DNA of 64,000 nucleotides from Polyangiaceae bacterium (GCA_044376115.1 JBILLK010000031.1:32001-96000), one strand, 5' to 3'. Numbered from the stretch's first letter, positions 9,377 to 19,242 are shown. The notes: generated by a model not told the origin, from the letters alone. Made by a program: numbers and translations.

Positions 9377-11152
9377 ATGAGCTGGATGCAGCTTGGGTCG
9401 CGGCTCCTCTTGTTGCTCGTCGTGTTGCTACCGAGCGTCGTTTGCACCGCCAGCCTGTGGGGGGACACGAGCACCTACGGCTTTCACGACTGGGACGTGA
9501 TGGCTTCCCATCGTTACCTCGCCAAGGTCTCGATCCTCGACCACGGTGAATTCCCCGGCTGGAATCCGTTCGCTTGTGGCGGCTTTCCCGCGTGGGGATA
9601 CGTCGAGGGCGGGACGACGGTGGTCTCTCCGCTACTTCCCCTCTACCTCCTCTGCGAGCTTCCGCTCGCGCTGCGCCTGGAGATCCTGCTGATGGGGTGG
9701 CTCGGCGCGTGGGGGAGCGAACGCGCCGCCTCACGTTGGACCAAGAGCCTCGCAGGGCGAGCTCTGGTCGTTGCGTTGTTCGCCATCAACGGTCGCTTCG
9801 GTTTGCAGGCAGCCGCTGGGCATACGTGGCATCTCGCCTACGCGCTACTACCGTGGGCGCTCTACTACTTTCAGCGCGCGCTCGCTGCTCCGCGCTGGTT
9901 CGCCGACGGCTTGAAGCTCGGGGTGGTGTTCGCTTGGTTGGTGTACGCCGGTGGCATCTATCCACTGCCCCATACGATCCTGGCGCTCACGGTGCTCGCG
10001 GCTGTGGAGGGGGGAATTTCGCGTTCCTTCAAGCCGCTTACGGTGCTCGCCGTCGGAGGGTTATGGGGTATAGGCCTAGCGGCGCCCAAGCTTTTACCGA
10101 TGCTTGCCACCTTTGCGCGGGCACCGCGCTTGATCGAATCGAATGAGCAGCTCTCGTTAACCCATCTTTGGATCGCTCTCACCTCGCAGGCGCAAGGGTT
10201 TTACCAACGGCCGGCGCCCGTGCGCCCCTACGGTTGGCATGAATGGGGCATCTACATTGGCACGAGCGGAGCTGTGTTGTTGCTCCTGGGAACTGCCCTG
10301 GTTTGGCGCAAAAAGGCCTGGGGCGTAAAGCTCGCGGCGCTGTTGTTCGTGCTCCTCGGCCTGGGCGCTTTTCACCCGCTCGCTCCGTGGCCCTGGATGC
10401 ACGAGCACCTTCCGGTGTTTCGCTCACAGCACGTGCCTTCACGCTTTCTCTATCCAGCGATCTTGCTTGCTGCGCTGGGCTTGGCCAGTGGTGTCGGACC
10501 GCTGCTGAGGCGGTTCGGTCGGCGCGTAGCGTGGGCCGATTTCGCCCTAGCGCTGGCAGCGCTAGGGCTTGCTTTCGATATTGCCGCCATCTCGGCGAAG
10601 CCGATGAGTGAAGCGTTCTGGATGGTGCCGCCGCCCGAGCTAGCGAGGTCGGCCGAGTTCTCCTTCGCCGAGCGAGCGCCGGTGCAGTATCTGAAGCGGG
10701 ATTGGGCCGAGCCTATGTATCTATCCATGTTGGCCAACACCGGGGTGATTCGCTGTTACGGTACTCCACCGTTCGAAGGCGTGGGCGCGCTGGCCAAGAC
10801 GCACCCGCGTTATCGCGGTGAGGTCGAGTTCGAACGGCCTGGCCAAGCACGAATTAGCCACTTCTCTCCGAATCGCATCGAGGTAGAAACCGACGCGGTA
10901 CCCCCTGGAACGCGCGTGCTGGTCAATATGAACAAGGCAGATGGTTGGGAGGCGAGCGCACAGACCGAGGCCGGTGAGCGCAAGCTGCAGCTGCTGGCTG
11001 GAGACAGGCTGGCTGCCTTTGCCCCCGAGGGCGCGCGTACGCTTACATTCCGCTATTCACCGCCCTACCTGGCGCACGGCTTGATGGTGGCGGCGTGCAG
11101 CCTCACATTCGCGGGCTACTTATCATTGCGGCGCCGTTGGGAGCGCCGGTGA
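9377..11152 (+). CDS. YfhO-like / GT-C-fold polytopic membrane protein
   Basis: WNPFACGGFP first-loop motif, many TM helices, VPSRF, and a C-terminal NRIEV...GWEA...FRYSPP plus final TM as in YfhO-like proteins; start MSWMQ (9377). Confidence 0.7.
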   Translation: MSWMQLGSRLLLLLVVLLPSVVCTASLWGDTSTYGFHDWDVMASHRYLAKVSILDHGEFPGWNPFACGGFPAWGYVEGGTTVVSPLLPLYLLCELPLALRLEILLMGWLGAWGSERAASRWTKSLAGRALVVALFAINGRFGLQAAAGHTWHLAYALLPWALYYFQRALAAPRWFADGLKLGVVFAWLVYAGGIYPLPHTILALTVLAAVEGGISRSFKPLTVLAVGGLWGIGLAAPKLLPMLATFARAPRLIESNEQLSLTHLWIALTSQAQGFYQRPAPVRPYGWHEWGIYIGTSGAVLLLLGTALVWRKKAWGVKLAALLFVLLGLGAFHPLAPWPWMHEHLPVFRSQHVPSRFLYPAILLAALGLASGVGPLLRRFGRRVAWADFALALAALGLAFDIAAISAKPMSEAFWMVPPPELARSAEFSFAERAPVQYLKRDWAEPMYLSMLANTGVIRCYGTPPFEGVGALAKTHPRYRGEVEFERPGQARISHFSPNRIEVETDAVPPGTRVLVNMNKADGWEASAQTEAGERKLQLLAGDRLAAFAPEGARTLTFRYSPPYLAHGLMVAACSLTFAGYLSLRRRWERR

Positions 11153-12078
11153 GTTCGGTTCTTCGCTCGAAAGGCGCCTTACTCCTCGCGCTGGCACTGC
11201 CTGCAGTGGGCGCGGTCGAGTTCGCCTTGCAGCTCTTCTTCGAGCCGCGCGCGCCAGCTGCCGATGAGTACGGCGCGCTGCTGCCAGCGATCGAAGCGCT
11301 GCATCACGAAGGCGATCTCGTCGTGGTAAATCCGCCTTGGGCCGAGCCACACGTACGGCGGGCGCTAGGGGATCGGTACTTCCCGTTGAACGTCGTCGCG
11401 CGGGCCGATGAGCAACGCTTCGAGCGAGCGATCGAGGTCCGGCTGCCGTCGGCGGGGCGTTCCGCGCTTATCCAATACGTGGAGCGCAGCCGAAAGAGCG
11501 TGGGTGAGTTTGAGGTCGCTGTGCTCGAGAACCCGCAGGCACAAAGACCGCTCTTCGACTTCGTCGCCAACTTGGACGAAGCGCACGCAACCGTGTTCGG
11601 AACCGAGCCCTTGGCTGCCTGCCGCTACAACTACCGAGCCAAGGTGGTCACCGGCGGCCTGTTTGGCTTCCCAACGTTTCCCGCCCAGCGCTTCGAGTGT
11701 GAGCGCGGCGATCTGAACGTCTCGCGTACAGTGGCGGCCGACCAAGACTACCGCCCGCGGGTTTGCATCTACGCTCATCCTCCGGCGACCGGCTCGCGCA
11801 CGATTCGCTTTGCGAAGGTGCCGATCGGCCAGAGGCTGCGCGGGCACGCCATGTTGCATTGGATGCACGAGCGAGAGGCCACCGGCTCCGACGTGCATTT
11901 GGAAGTCCGCGTCGGCGGGGCTTCACTCGGCGAGGTCACTCACGTCGACGGTCAAGGCTGGCTGGGCTTCTCGTTTCCTACTGAGCAGCTCGCCGGAAGT
12001 GAGGCCGAGGTCGAGTTTGTGGTCAGCGGCGACGGCAATTCGCCGCGGCCCTTTTGTTTCGAGGCGATCAGCGAATGA
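11149..12078 (+). CDS. Membrane-anchored hypothetical protein with a beta-rich C-terminal domain
   Basis: GTGA overlap with the upstream gene and ATGA overlap with the downstream gene; N-terminal hydrophobic helix. Confidence 0.7.
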   Translation: MSSVLRSKGALLLALALPAVGAVEFALQLFFEPRAPAADEYGALLPAIEALHHEGDLVVVNPPWAEPHVRRALGDRYFPLNVVARADEQRFERAIEVRLPSAGRSALIQYVERSRKSVGEFEVAVLENPQAQRPLFDFVANLDEAHATVFGTEPLAACRYNYRAKVVTGGLFGFPTFPAQRFECERGDLNVSRTVAADQDYRPRVCIYAHPPATGSRTIRFAKVPIGQRLRGHAMLHWMHEREATGSDVHLEVRVGGASLGEVTHVDGQGWLGFSFPTEQLAGSEAEVEFVVSGDGNSPRPFCFEAISE

Positions 12079-13772
12079 AGCAGCGCTCCGCTTGGCCCAT
12101 CGCGCTCGCGCTGTTCTTCGGCAGTTTGGCCTTGCTCTACCTCACAGCGGCAGAGCTCGGCTACGCCCGTGATGAGGGCTTCTACTTCGTCGCTGCCCGC
12201 CGTTATGAGAATTGGTTCGAGCTGGTCGCCACCAAACGAGCGGCCGCCTTCGACCGCGCGGCGGTGGACGGTGCTTGGGTGGCCAATCACGAACACCCAG
12301 GGCTGATGAAGTCGCTGTTCGCCCTCTCGCATCGCTTGCTCCACACGAAAATGGGGCTGATCGCTGAGCCGGGCACGAGCTTTCGCTTTCCGTCGATGGT
12401 GCTCTCGGCTGCGATGGTGGCGCTGGTGTTTAGATGGGTCGCGCGCCATTACGGCGCGCGCGCGGGGCTCGTCGCGGCGCTGTCGCTCCTGTTCATGCCG
12501 CGGGTCTTCTATCAAGCTCATCTGGCCTGTTTCGACGTGCCGATCACGTTCTGGTTTCTCGCGGTCTTTTTCGGCTACGCGCGCAGCTTGGAGCGGCCCG
12601 GGATCGCTTGGCCGGTTGCTACAGGGGCATTGTATGGCTGTGCGTTAGCGACAAAGCACAACGCCTGGTTCTTGCCGGTCGCGCTCGTGGTTCATGCGGC
12701 CTTGCTGTTGGTTTTGCGTTGGAGCTCGCGCGAGCGGCTGGCCCCGCTGGTGAAGCGCGCTGGGGCAGCCTTGGGCGCTATGGCGCTGCTTGGCCCGCTG
12801 GTCTTCCTCGCCAGCTGGCCATGGCTCTGGTTCGACACGAAGCGGCGCTTTCTCGAGTACGCCGACTTCCACCTAAATCACGTTTACTACAATATGGAGT
12901 TCCTCGGTCAGACGTACTTTCAGCCGCCGTTTCCGCGGCTGTACGCGCCGACCATGTTCGTCGCCACCGTCTCGCTGGTGACCATCCTTGCGGCGCTGCT
13001 CGCGGTTATTCTTGGACTGCGGACTTGGCTTGCGACGCTGAACCAACGGTTGCGTCGCGGGTGGTTGGGGGAGGGCGCGCCAAGCTTGGTGGACCGGCGA
13101 ACCTCGGAGGAACTCTTGCTCTGGCTCTTGGGCGTCGGCATCAGCTTTGGCCCGTGGGTATTCGATACGACGCCCATCTTCGGTGGGACGAAGCATTGGA
13201 TGCCTGCCTATCCCTTCGTGGCGATGTTGGCGGGGGCCGGCTTTCAGCGCGTCGCTAGGCTGTTCATGGTGGGCGCTCGGCGTCTGCGCTGGCCGGTCCG
13301 GCTGAGGTCGCTCAGCCAGGTCGTCCTGCTGGCCTGCTTCGTAGCGGCGCCAATGCGGCTGGCCTACGCAGGTCACCCTTGGGGCCTCTCGCTTTATACA
13401 CCTATCGTTGGCGGGGCGCAGGGCGCGGCTAGCTTGGGCCTCAACCGCACCTTCTGGGGCTATACCTCCCAGAGCGTGATGGACGACGTCGCGAAGGCGG
13501 CCCCCACGGGCGCGAAGATCTACCCGCATGACACCGCGCGGGCCTCCTGGGAGATGCTGCGCGAAGATGGGCGCGTGGGGCGTTCCTTTGAGGCGGTCTG
13601 GGCGCCTGAGTCAGCTGACTATTCGCTCTATCACCATGAGCAGCACATGGCTGTCCAGGAGTACCAAATGTGGGTCGCGTACGGCACGGTTCGCCCGTGG
13701 CTAGTCGACGGCCCCAACGGAGTTCCAGTGATATTCGTCTACCAAAATCCGCAGAGGCGCCTCGCGCGCTAA
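12075..13772 (+). CDS. ArnT/PMT-like GT-C glycosyltransferase (GT39/GT83-like)
   Basis: GYARDEGFY (DE motif), NHEHPGLMK, FDVP and ALATKHNA; polytopic. Confidence 0.8.
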   Translation: MKQRSAWPIALALFFGSLALLYLTAAELGYARDEGFYFVAARRYENWFELVATKRAAAFDRAAVDGAWVANHEHPGLMKSLFALSHRLLHTKMGLIAEPGTSFRFPSMVLSAAMVALVFRWVARHYGARAGLVAALSLLFMPRVFYQAHLACFDVPITFWFLAVFFGYARSLERPGIAWPVATGALYGCALATKHNAWFLPVALVVHAALLLVLRWSSRERLAPLVKRAGAALGAMALLGPLVFLASWPWLWFDTKRRFLEYADFHLNHVYYNMEFLGQTYFQPPFPRLYAPTMFVATVSLVTILAALLAVILGLRTWLATLNQRLRRGWLGEGAPSLVDRRTSEELLLWLLGVGISFGPWVFDTTPIFGGTKHWMPAYPFVAMLAGAGFQRVARLFMVGARRLRWPVRLRSLSQVVLLACFVAAPMRLAYAGHPWGLSLYTPIVGGAQGAASLGLNRTFWGYTSQSVMDDVAKAAPTGAKIYPHDTARASWEMLREDGRVGRSFEAVWAPESADYSLYHHEQHMAVQEYQMWVAYGTVRPWLVDGPNGVPVIFVYQNPQRRLAR

Positions 13773-13774
13773 CC

Positions 13775-16700
13775 CTAGAGCGAGGGCGTCTCCTCGACGA
13801 TACCGAGGTCCACCGAGCCTCGGCTGGACTGGATGATAAACGGCTTCTCCTCGATCGTTATCTCGCCCAGCCCGTCGTGCCTAACGACCTGCACTTTGCC
13901 CATGCCAAAGCCCATCACTCCACGTGAGAAGTAGTCTGCCTTGAGCTCGTAAGGGAACCCGCGCGGCTTGCCGTAGATGATATACCCTTCCGGCCCATAG
14001 CCGGTCGTCACGTCGGCCACCAACTCTCCACCGCTCCTGAGCTTGGTGTTCCCGTAATACGCGTGCTCGGAGAAGCCGTCGGTCACGTGAAGATCGACGT
14101 CGTTGGCGTCGGTCTCCCAGGAGAGGATGAAGCGCATGCTCGGAATATCTTCGAGCTCGATATTGAACCGCTTCAGGTGAGCGCGAATGATGTGCTCCTG
14201 CTCGGGATCCCTGCGTAACCAGGCTGCTCCAAGCAAAGCGGCGTCTTTCTGCAGGAGTGAGAGCACGCCAGCATACCTTCCCGGCGGGAGCTGGAGGTGG
14301 AGCGCTTTATCGATGGTCTCGAAGGCGGCTCGCGGGTCTCCTTGTTTCAATTGTGCATAGGCAAGCATGCGATATGCCGAGGGATGATCCGGCCGATCGC
14401 GAACCGCTGACTCATAGGCTGAAACCGCGACAGCGAGCGCTGACTCACTGCCGATGCGTTCGATCCGTTGGCCCGCATATCGCTTTAGCTCAACCCGGTA
14501 CGACCACAGATCGAGCAATGAACCGTAGGCGCGCGCGGCCAACCGCGGGCGGCCCGTTGCTTCGGCTGCCTCACCGATAGCGACGAACGCGAGGAGCTCG
14601 CTTGGTGACTCGGCCGAGTATTGCAGCGCCTCGAGCAAGGCGTCATCCCCCTGCGCCAGTTTTGCCATCACCGTCTTGAAACGGCCCATGTACTGATTGG
14701 TGCTCACGTCTTCTGCGCTGCTCTCCGAGCTGGCGGGGTTTGGAGCGGGCGCTCGTGGAGCTGCGGGGGGAGGGGCGTCCGACCAAGCTTGCGGAACGAC
14801 GCTCCCGCTGGCGCTAACCCCAAAGTGAACGGGCATCAGCACGTTGACGCTACCGCCCTCGGGCGCGGGGAAGCTCAGCATTTTGAACGATGTGAGCACG
14901 CAAGCCTGCGTCTCCGCTGACGGCAGCGAGGAGGGCGCGAGCCGCGCGTTGGTTACCTCGCCTGTAGGGGAGATGGTGAACGCGACGTTGACCGAGCCTG
15001 CGAGCTGCGGCAACTTGGCGCGCGCAGCCTCGTAGCACATACGAAAGCGGCCAAAGTTGTAACGGACGATCCGCTGGATCACCTCCGGCGGGAGGCGCCC
15101 GTTGACCTGCAACGCGCCCGTCGATATCCGCGGTTGTGGGGAGGGCTTTGTCGCCGGCCCGAGCCGGCTCGACCCCGACCCAAGCGTACCAATGGAGCCT
15201 AGGCCGATGCCTTGGCCCCGCCCAGCTCCACCTTCTCCAATACCACTTAGTCCCAGGCCGCTGGCCCCGCTGCCCACACTGTCCCCACTGTCCCTTCCCC
15301 AGGCGTTACCGCGCGCCGAGACAGCATCTTCGTCTGGCTTGAAGCGTATGCCGCTGTCTGCAGGCGAGAAGAAGTCATCGTTCCCTGCTCGATTGGCTGC
15401 CCTAGGGAAGCCAGACCGGTTCTTTAGGTCGAGCCGTGCACCTTGCTCTGTGACGATCTGGCCGTCTTTGATGACGAGGATGTCCACCGTGGCTCTGCGG
15501 TCGATGCCGAAGCGTCCGTAGTCGAATTCGCTTTCGAGCACGACCATGGCCGTCTCGCGGCTCAAAACCCGATGCTTGGTGGACAAGCTGATGATGCGCC
15601 TGCGCGCCACTTGGTCGTCGGCTTTGGCAACAAGCTCGAGCTCGGCGATCTCTGCGACGGCGTGGGCGCGATCGAGCAGCTCGGGCGATGCAGCGCGGGT
15701 GATAGGAATCACGTGTTTGTCGCCGTCCACTACGAGTGCGATGTGGTCCGCTGCCGCTTTCGAGGTCAGCTTGGCAAAGACGACGATCTCATCGCCGGGG
15801 AGGGCACCCGCGATGGATTTGGGAGACTGCCAGTGGGCGCCGGGAACCATGAGCTCGAGGTTCTCCTGAGGCGCTTGCTGAAGCTTGTGCTGCAACACTT
15901 GTTCGTCTTCGGTGAGCTCAAGAACGATGCCTTTGCGTTCTCCGCTACTGACCAACGCCGTGAGCAGCGCGCTGTCGCGGATGCCGCCAATGGCCAGGGC
16001 GTCGATGCGCTCGACACCCGCTCGAGCGAGCTCCTCAGCTTGTTTTGCGAGTTCTTGCGCGTTGGTGATTCCGCTGGTTGCCACGCCATCCGACAAGAAG
16101 ATTATGCGTTTGGCCTTCACCGCCGGAGCAAGGTCGCGAGCGAAGGAGAGCGCCTTGCCGAAGTCGCTGGCTCCGAGCGCGAGTCGATCACGCAGGGCTG
16201 CCACGTTCTCGGCGTCAAAGTTCTCGGCGGGGCCCGAGAACACCACGCTCACCTCTTGATCGAAGCCGGCCACCGTCACCCGCGCGCCTTGCGGCAGCGC
16301 CCGGATCAACGCTGTGAGAGCGGAGAGCTCCTGCTCGAAGTCGAGGATGCGGCCAGCGCTCGTATCGACCAACAGCAGGAGCCCATCGAGTGGGTCCGCC
16401 TTGGCCGCGCGATCGGGGACGGTCGTACGAATGGCCACGAGGTCGTCATGAACGAGCGCTACCTCTCTCGGTTGTGCCGAGGTCGGGACCTCGAGGTCGG
16501 CTGTCGGCGTGAACTGCTTCTCACTCAGCGCGACCAGCTGCTTACCCGCCTGTTCCACCAAGACCTCGAGGTTACCGAGCTTGGGCAGCCCAGCCAGTCG
16601 CACTTTGAGCGGGGACCCGCCGAGCACCTCAGCGTAGGTGAGGACCAGGTGTTTGACGCCTCGTGCAGGGATGGGGAATACGCGCGCGGAGAACTGATTG

Positions 16701-17176
16701 CCCGCTCCTTGTTCGAGCAAGGCGGGGTCTTTGCGCTGATGGAGGAAGGACTCGTAGCTCGTCCGCGCACGCTGCTTTTCGACCACTTCACCTTCTTGCC
16801 ATTGACCGCCGATCTCCATCGCAAAGCGGCTGACCGAAGCCCCTTCGGGCAAAGTGATGGCGAAGCGGCCTTCCAAGGTTCGGTCCTCCGGGTTCTGGAA
16901 CGACAAGGTGAGCTCGGTCAGCGCCAGCGGGCCCTCAATCACGGTGTTCGACCGCATGGCGCTGAGGATGAGGCCGCTGCCGTCGGAGGAGGTCAGCGAG
17001 AAGGGGGCCTGCGTGCCCTGGTTGCGCTCGATCTGCGGCGGATCGCGCTCGATCTCGCCCATCGCTGGCTTCGCGAAATGTACTAAGTCATCGCGCTCGG
17101 GGGCCTCCGCTTCGGGTTGGCAGGTGGTTGCGGTCAACAGGGCAAGGACAGCAACGGGCGTGGCTCGAAGGCGCAT
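13775..17176 (-). CDS. VIT + vWA + AgmX/PglI (TonB-C-like) + TPR + DUF2135/YfaP-like multidomain exported protein
   Basis: VIT (FQNPEDRTLEGRF...KDPALLEQ...ARVFPIP), vWA (LVDTSAG, FLSDG), GRLPPEVIQRIVR..FRMCYE, and a C-terminal LSWETDANDVDLHV...DVTTGYGPE. Confidence 0.8.
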   Translation of the reverse strand: MRLRATPVAVLALLTATTCQPEAEAPERDDLVHFAKPAMGEIERDPPQIERNQGTQAPFSLTSSDGSGLILSAMRSNTVIEGPLALTELTLSFQNPEDRTLEGRFAITLPEGASVSRFAMEIGGQWQEGEVVEKQRARTSYESFLHQRKDPALLEQGAGNQFSARVFPIPARGVKHLVLTYAEVLGGSPLKVRLAGLPKLGNLEVLVEQAGKQLVALSEKQFTPTADLEVPTSAQPREVALVHDDLVAIRTTVPDRAAKADPLDGLLLLVDTSAGRILDFEQELSALTALIRALPQGARVTVAGFDQEVSVVFSGPAENFDAENVAALRDRLALGASDFGKALSFARDLAPAVKAKRIIFLSDGVATSGITNAQELAKQAEELARAGVERIDALAIGGIRDSALLTALVSSGERKGIVLELTEDEQVLQHKLQQAPQENLELMVPGAHWQSPKSIAGALPGDEIVVFAKLTSKAAADHIALVVDGDKHVIPITRAASPELLDRAHAVAEIAELELVAKADDQVARRRIISLSTKHRVLSRETAMVVLESEFDYGRFGIDRRATVDILVIKDGQIVTEQGARLDLKNRSGFPRAANRAGNDDFFSPADSGIRFKPDEDAVSARGNAWGRDSGDSVGSGASGLGLSGIGEGGAGRGQGIGLGSIGTLGSGSSRLGPATKPSPQPRISTGALQVNGRLPPEVIQRIVRYNFGRFRMCYEAARAKLPQLAGSVNVAFTISPTGEVTNARLAPSSLPSAETQACVLTSFKMLSFPAPEGGSVNVLMPVHFGVSASGSVVPQAWSDAPPPAAPRAPAPNPASSESSAEDVSTNQYMGRFKTVMAKLAQGDDALLEALQYSAESPSELLAFVAIGEAAEATGRPRLAARAYGSLLDLWSYRVELKRYAGQRIERIGSESALAVAVSAYESAVRDRPDHPSAYRMLAYAQLKQGDPRAAFETIDKALHLQLPPGRYAGVLSLLQKDAALLGAAWLRRDPEQEHIIRAHLKRFNIELEDIPSMRFILSWETDANDVDLHVTDGFSEHAYYGNTKLRSGGELVADVTTGYGPEGYIIYGKPRGFPYELKADYFSRGVMGFGMGKVQVVRHDGLGEITIEEKPFIIQSSRGSVDLGIVEETPSL

Positions 17177-17245
17177 GGGGGCATAGGACTCCCGGCGAAG
17201 CAGAAGGTTCCCGAACGCTTGACGTTGCCCTTATCATCCCGGTCA

Positions 17246-18580
17246 ATGAATCCTGTGCGAGCGGTCGTTGTGGCAGCCTCGGCTTTGTTGTTGGCCTTCA
17301 GCGCCCCCCAGGTGCTCGAGGCCCAACCCCTCACTCCCGAGCAGCGAACCGAGCGCTGCGCGCTGATTCGTGATGTGGCAGCGGACAACGGCATTTCGGC
17401 AGGGTTTCTGTTCGCCGGGATCGCGCAGGCCGAGACCAATCTCTCGCACTGTTGGTCGGAGCTCAGCTGGGCCTGCGAAGGTCCGGTTTCGGTGGATTGT
17501 GGCGGGCCCGTGGTGGCTGGAGCCGGAGACGGCCCCTGCGAGCTCATGCAGGGCGGTCTAGGCATGTTTCAGTTCGACGGCGGCACGTTCGCCGAGACGA
17601 TCGAGCGCGATGGCGATGGCGTGTTGTTGCTGTCCGGCAACGTGACCCGCGCCATCGACTTCGTCGTTAATATGGTAATTAACTCCCAATACGTCGACGT
17701 CAGCACGCCCGAAGAGGCGAAGGCTTGGCTCAACCAAGTAACCGTCGATGGCCCACTTTGGGACGAGTGGATTACCACCGTTACTCACTATTATAACGGG
17801 TGCACGCCAACGGGCTGCGCTGTGTTCGATGACCGCTATCAGCATTATGCGGATAACGGTGTGGATGTTTACTTCGAGCAAGGCGAGGCTTTCTGGGTCG
17901 TCGATTTGCCGCCTTGCGCGCCCATTCCCGCGGCAGGTCGCTTGCTCGAGGAGACCGATACCTGCTTTACCAAGGGCGGCCCGCTGCCTTTTTGGCGGGT
18001 AGGTATCGGCGGTGAGAGCAACTTGCACGTATGGACGGGCACCACCGACGCGGCGGAGCCGTTCAACTTCGCTCAATGGGACCTGACCTTCGACGAGCCT
18101 GGCGAATACGTGGTCGAGGTCTCCGTTCCGGAGGGAACCACGACCCAAGCCAACTACGTGATTGACCACGCCGGGACGACCGACGAGGTGCTGCTGGATC
18201 AAGCGAGTGTCGACGGCTTCGTGGCGCTGGGTAGCTTTGAGTTTGCCGCTGGTGCAGGCCAGCGCCTGTTCGTCGGGGATAACACCGGCGACGCGGATCT
18301 TCGCCTTTCGGTGGACGCTCTGCGCTTGACGCGCGTCGAGGCGCCGGGGACGGGGGGATCGGGAGGAGGGGAGAACGCCTCTTCCTCGGGCTCCGGTGGA
18401 AGCAACGCGGGGGCGGCGGGCGGAGTAGGCGGCGAGGGCGGAACGGGCAATAGCGCAGAGGCCGACGCCGGCTGCGATTGTGCATTAGCTGGGGAGCAGA
18501 AACGAAGCTCGAGCGGCTTGCTCCTTGGTGGGCTCGCGCTGCTCGTTGCCTTTCGCCGTCGGTTGCGCGCGACGGCTTGA
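17246..18580 (+). CDS. Secreted MYXO-CTERM protein: lysozyme/SLT-like N-domain plus golvesin/CBM-like beta-sandwich
   Basis: Signal peptide; GIAQAET, GMFQ and YYNG; AQWDLTFDEPGEYVVEV..ANYVIDHAG; Gly linker, then GCDC-hydrophobic-RRR tail. Confidence 0.7.
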   Translation: MNPVRAVVVAASALLLAFSAPQVLEAQPLTPEQRTERCALIRDVAADNGISAGFLFAGIAQAETNLSHCWSELSWACEGPVSVDCGGPVVAGAGDGPCELMQGGLGMFQFDGGTFAETIERDGDGVLLLSGNVTRAIDFVVNMVINSQYVDVSTPEEAKAWLNQVTVDGPLWDEWITTVTHYYNGCTPTGCAVFDDRYQHYADNGVDVYFEQGEAFWVVDLPPCAPIPAAGRLLEETDTCFTKGGPLPFWRVGIGGESNLHVWTGTTDAAEPFNFAQWDLTFDEPGEYVVEVSVPEGTTTQANYVIDHAGTTDEVLLDQASVDGFVALGSFEFAAGAGQRLFVGDNTGDADLRLSVDALRLTRVEAPGTGGSGGGENASSSGSGGSNAGAAGGVGGEGGTGNSAEADAGCDCALAGEQKRSSSGLLLGGLALLVAFRRRLRATA

Positions 18581-18588
18581 TATCAAGG

Positions 18589-19242
18589 TTACGGCACGAT
18601 TCGAGCCGAGCGGATCACCGATAGGTTCGGGAACTCGGCTCGCAGGAAGGCGTTGCCTTCTTTTGCAATCTTGCCCTGCGCGCGAGACGGGGTTTCCCCG
18701 TAACCAGCGTGGAACTTGTCGACGACGTTCATCCCGTCGCCGGCTACTTCGCAGATCGGCGCGAAGCCCATCTTGTCGAGGTTCTGGTTGTTGCCCAGAT
18801 TGAAGAACAGCTGCGTCGTTCGCGTGTTTGGGCTGCCAGCCATGGCGTAGGTCAACGTGCCCCGGCGGTTGGTCTCCTTCGGCGGGTCGGCAGGGAGGTT
18901 TTGCCCTTCCCAACCCGAATTGACGCCGGGCGTGCCGTGGATGCCGAACTGGGCGACGAATGGCGTTGGTTTGGTGACGACACGAAAGATGGTCACGTCA
19001 TCGTAGTAGCCAATCGAGACCAGATTGTAGAAGCGGTCGACGCCGTGAGGCGCCCATTCGCGGTGGCAGGTTACGGTGACTTCGCCCGCGCTCGTGTCGA
19101 ACTTGACGCTGAAGGTGGCAGGCGCCTCAGCCTTGGCCAGGCTCGGGTCCCATAGCGCCGGGTTCCCCTCCTTGGGGCCTGAGTTGCACGCGCTCAGCGC
19201 GATAAGGGCGAGGCAAGCTCGAAGGAGGCGACGTGTGGCCAT
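18589..19242 (-). CDS. Cyclophilin-type peptidyl-prolyl isomerase, lipoprotein
   Basis: Lipobox LSAC; FRVV..FVAQFG, NRRGTLTYAM and TTQLFFN. Confidence 0.92.
   Translation of the reverse strand: MATRRLLRACLALIALSACNSGPKEGNPALWDPSLAKAEAPATFSVKFDTSAGEVTVTCHREWAPHGVDRFYNLVSIGYYDDVTIFRVVTKPTPFVAQFGIHGTPGVNSGWEGQNLPADPPKETNRRGTLTYAMAGSPNTRTTQLFFNLGNNQNLDKMGFAPICEVAGDGMNVVDKFHAGYGETPSRAQGKIAKEGNAFLRAEFPNLSVIRSARIVP

Noticed and set aside
15443..17086. 547-aa plus-strand ORF, and similar long antisense ORFs (21157-22794, 29793-31154, 36992-38098, 44598-45656, 46005-47147, 58463-59830)
   Set aside because: Each lies opposite a gene with clear family motifs and has no motifs of its own. These are typical stop-poor shadow frames of high-GC coding DNA.
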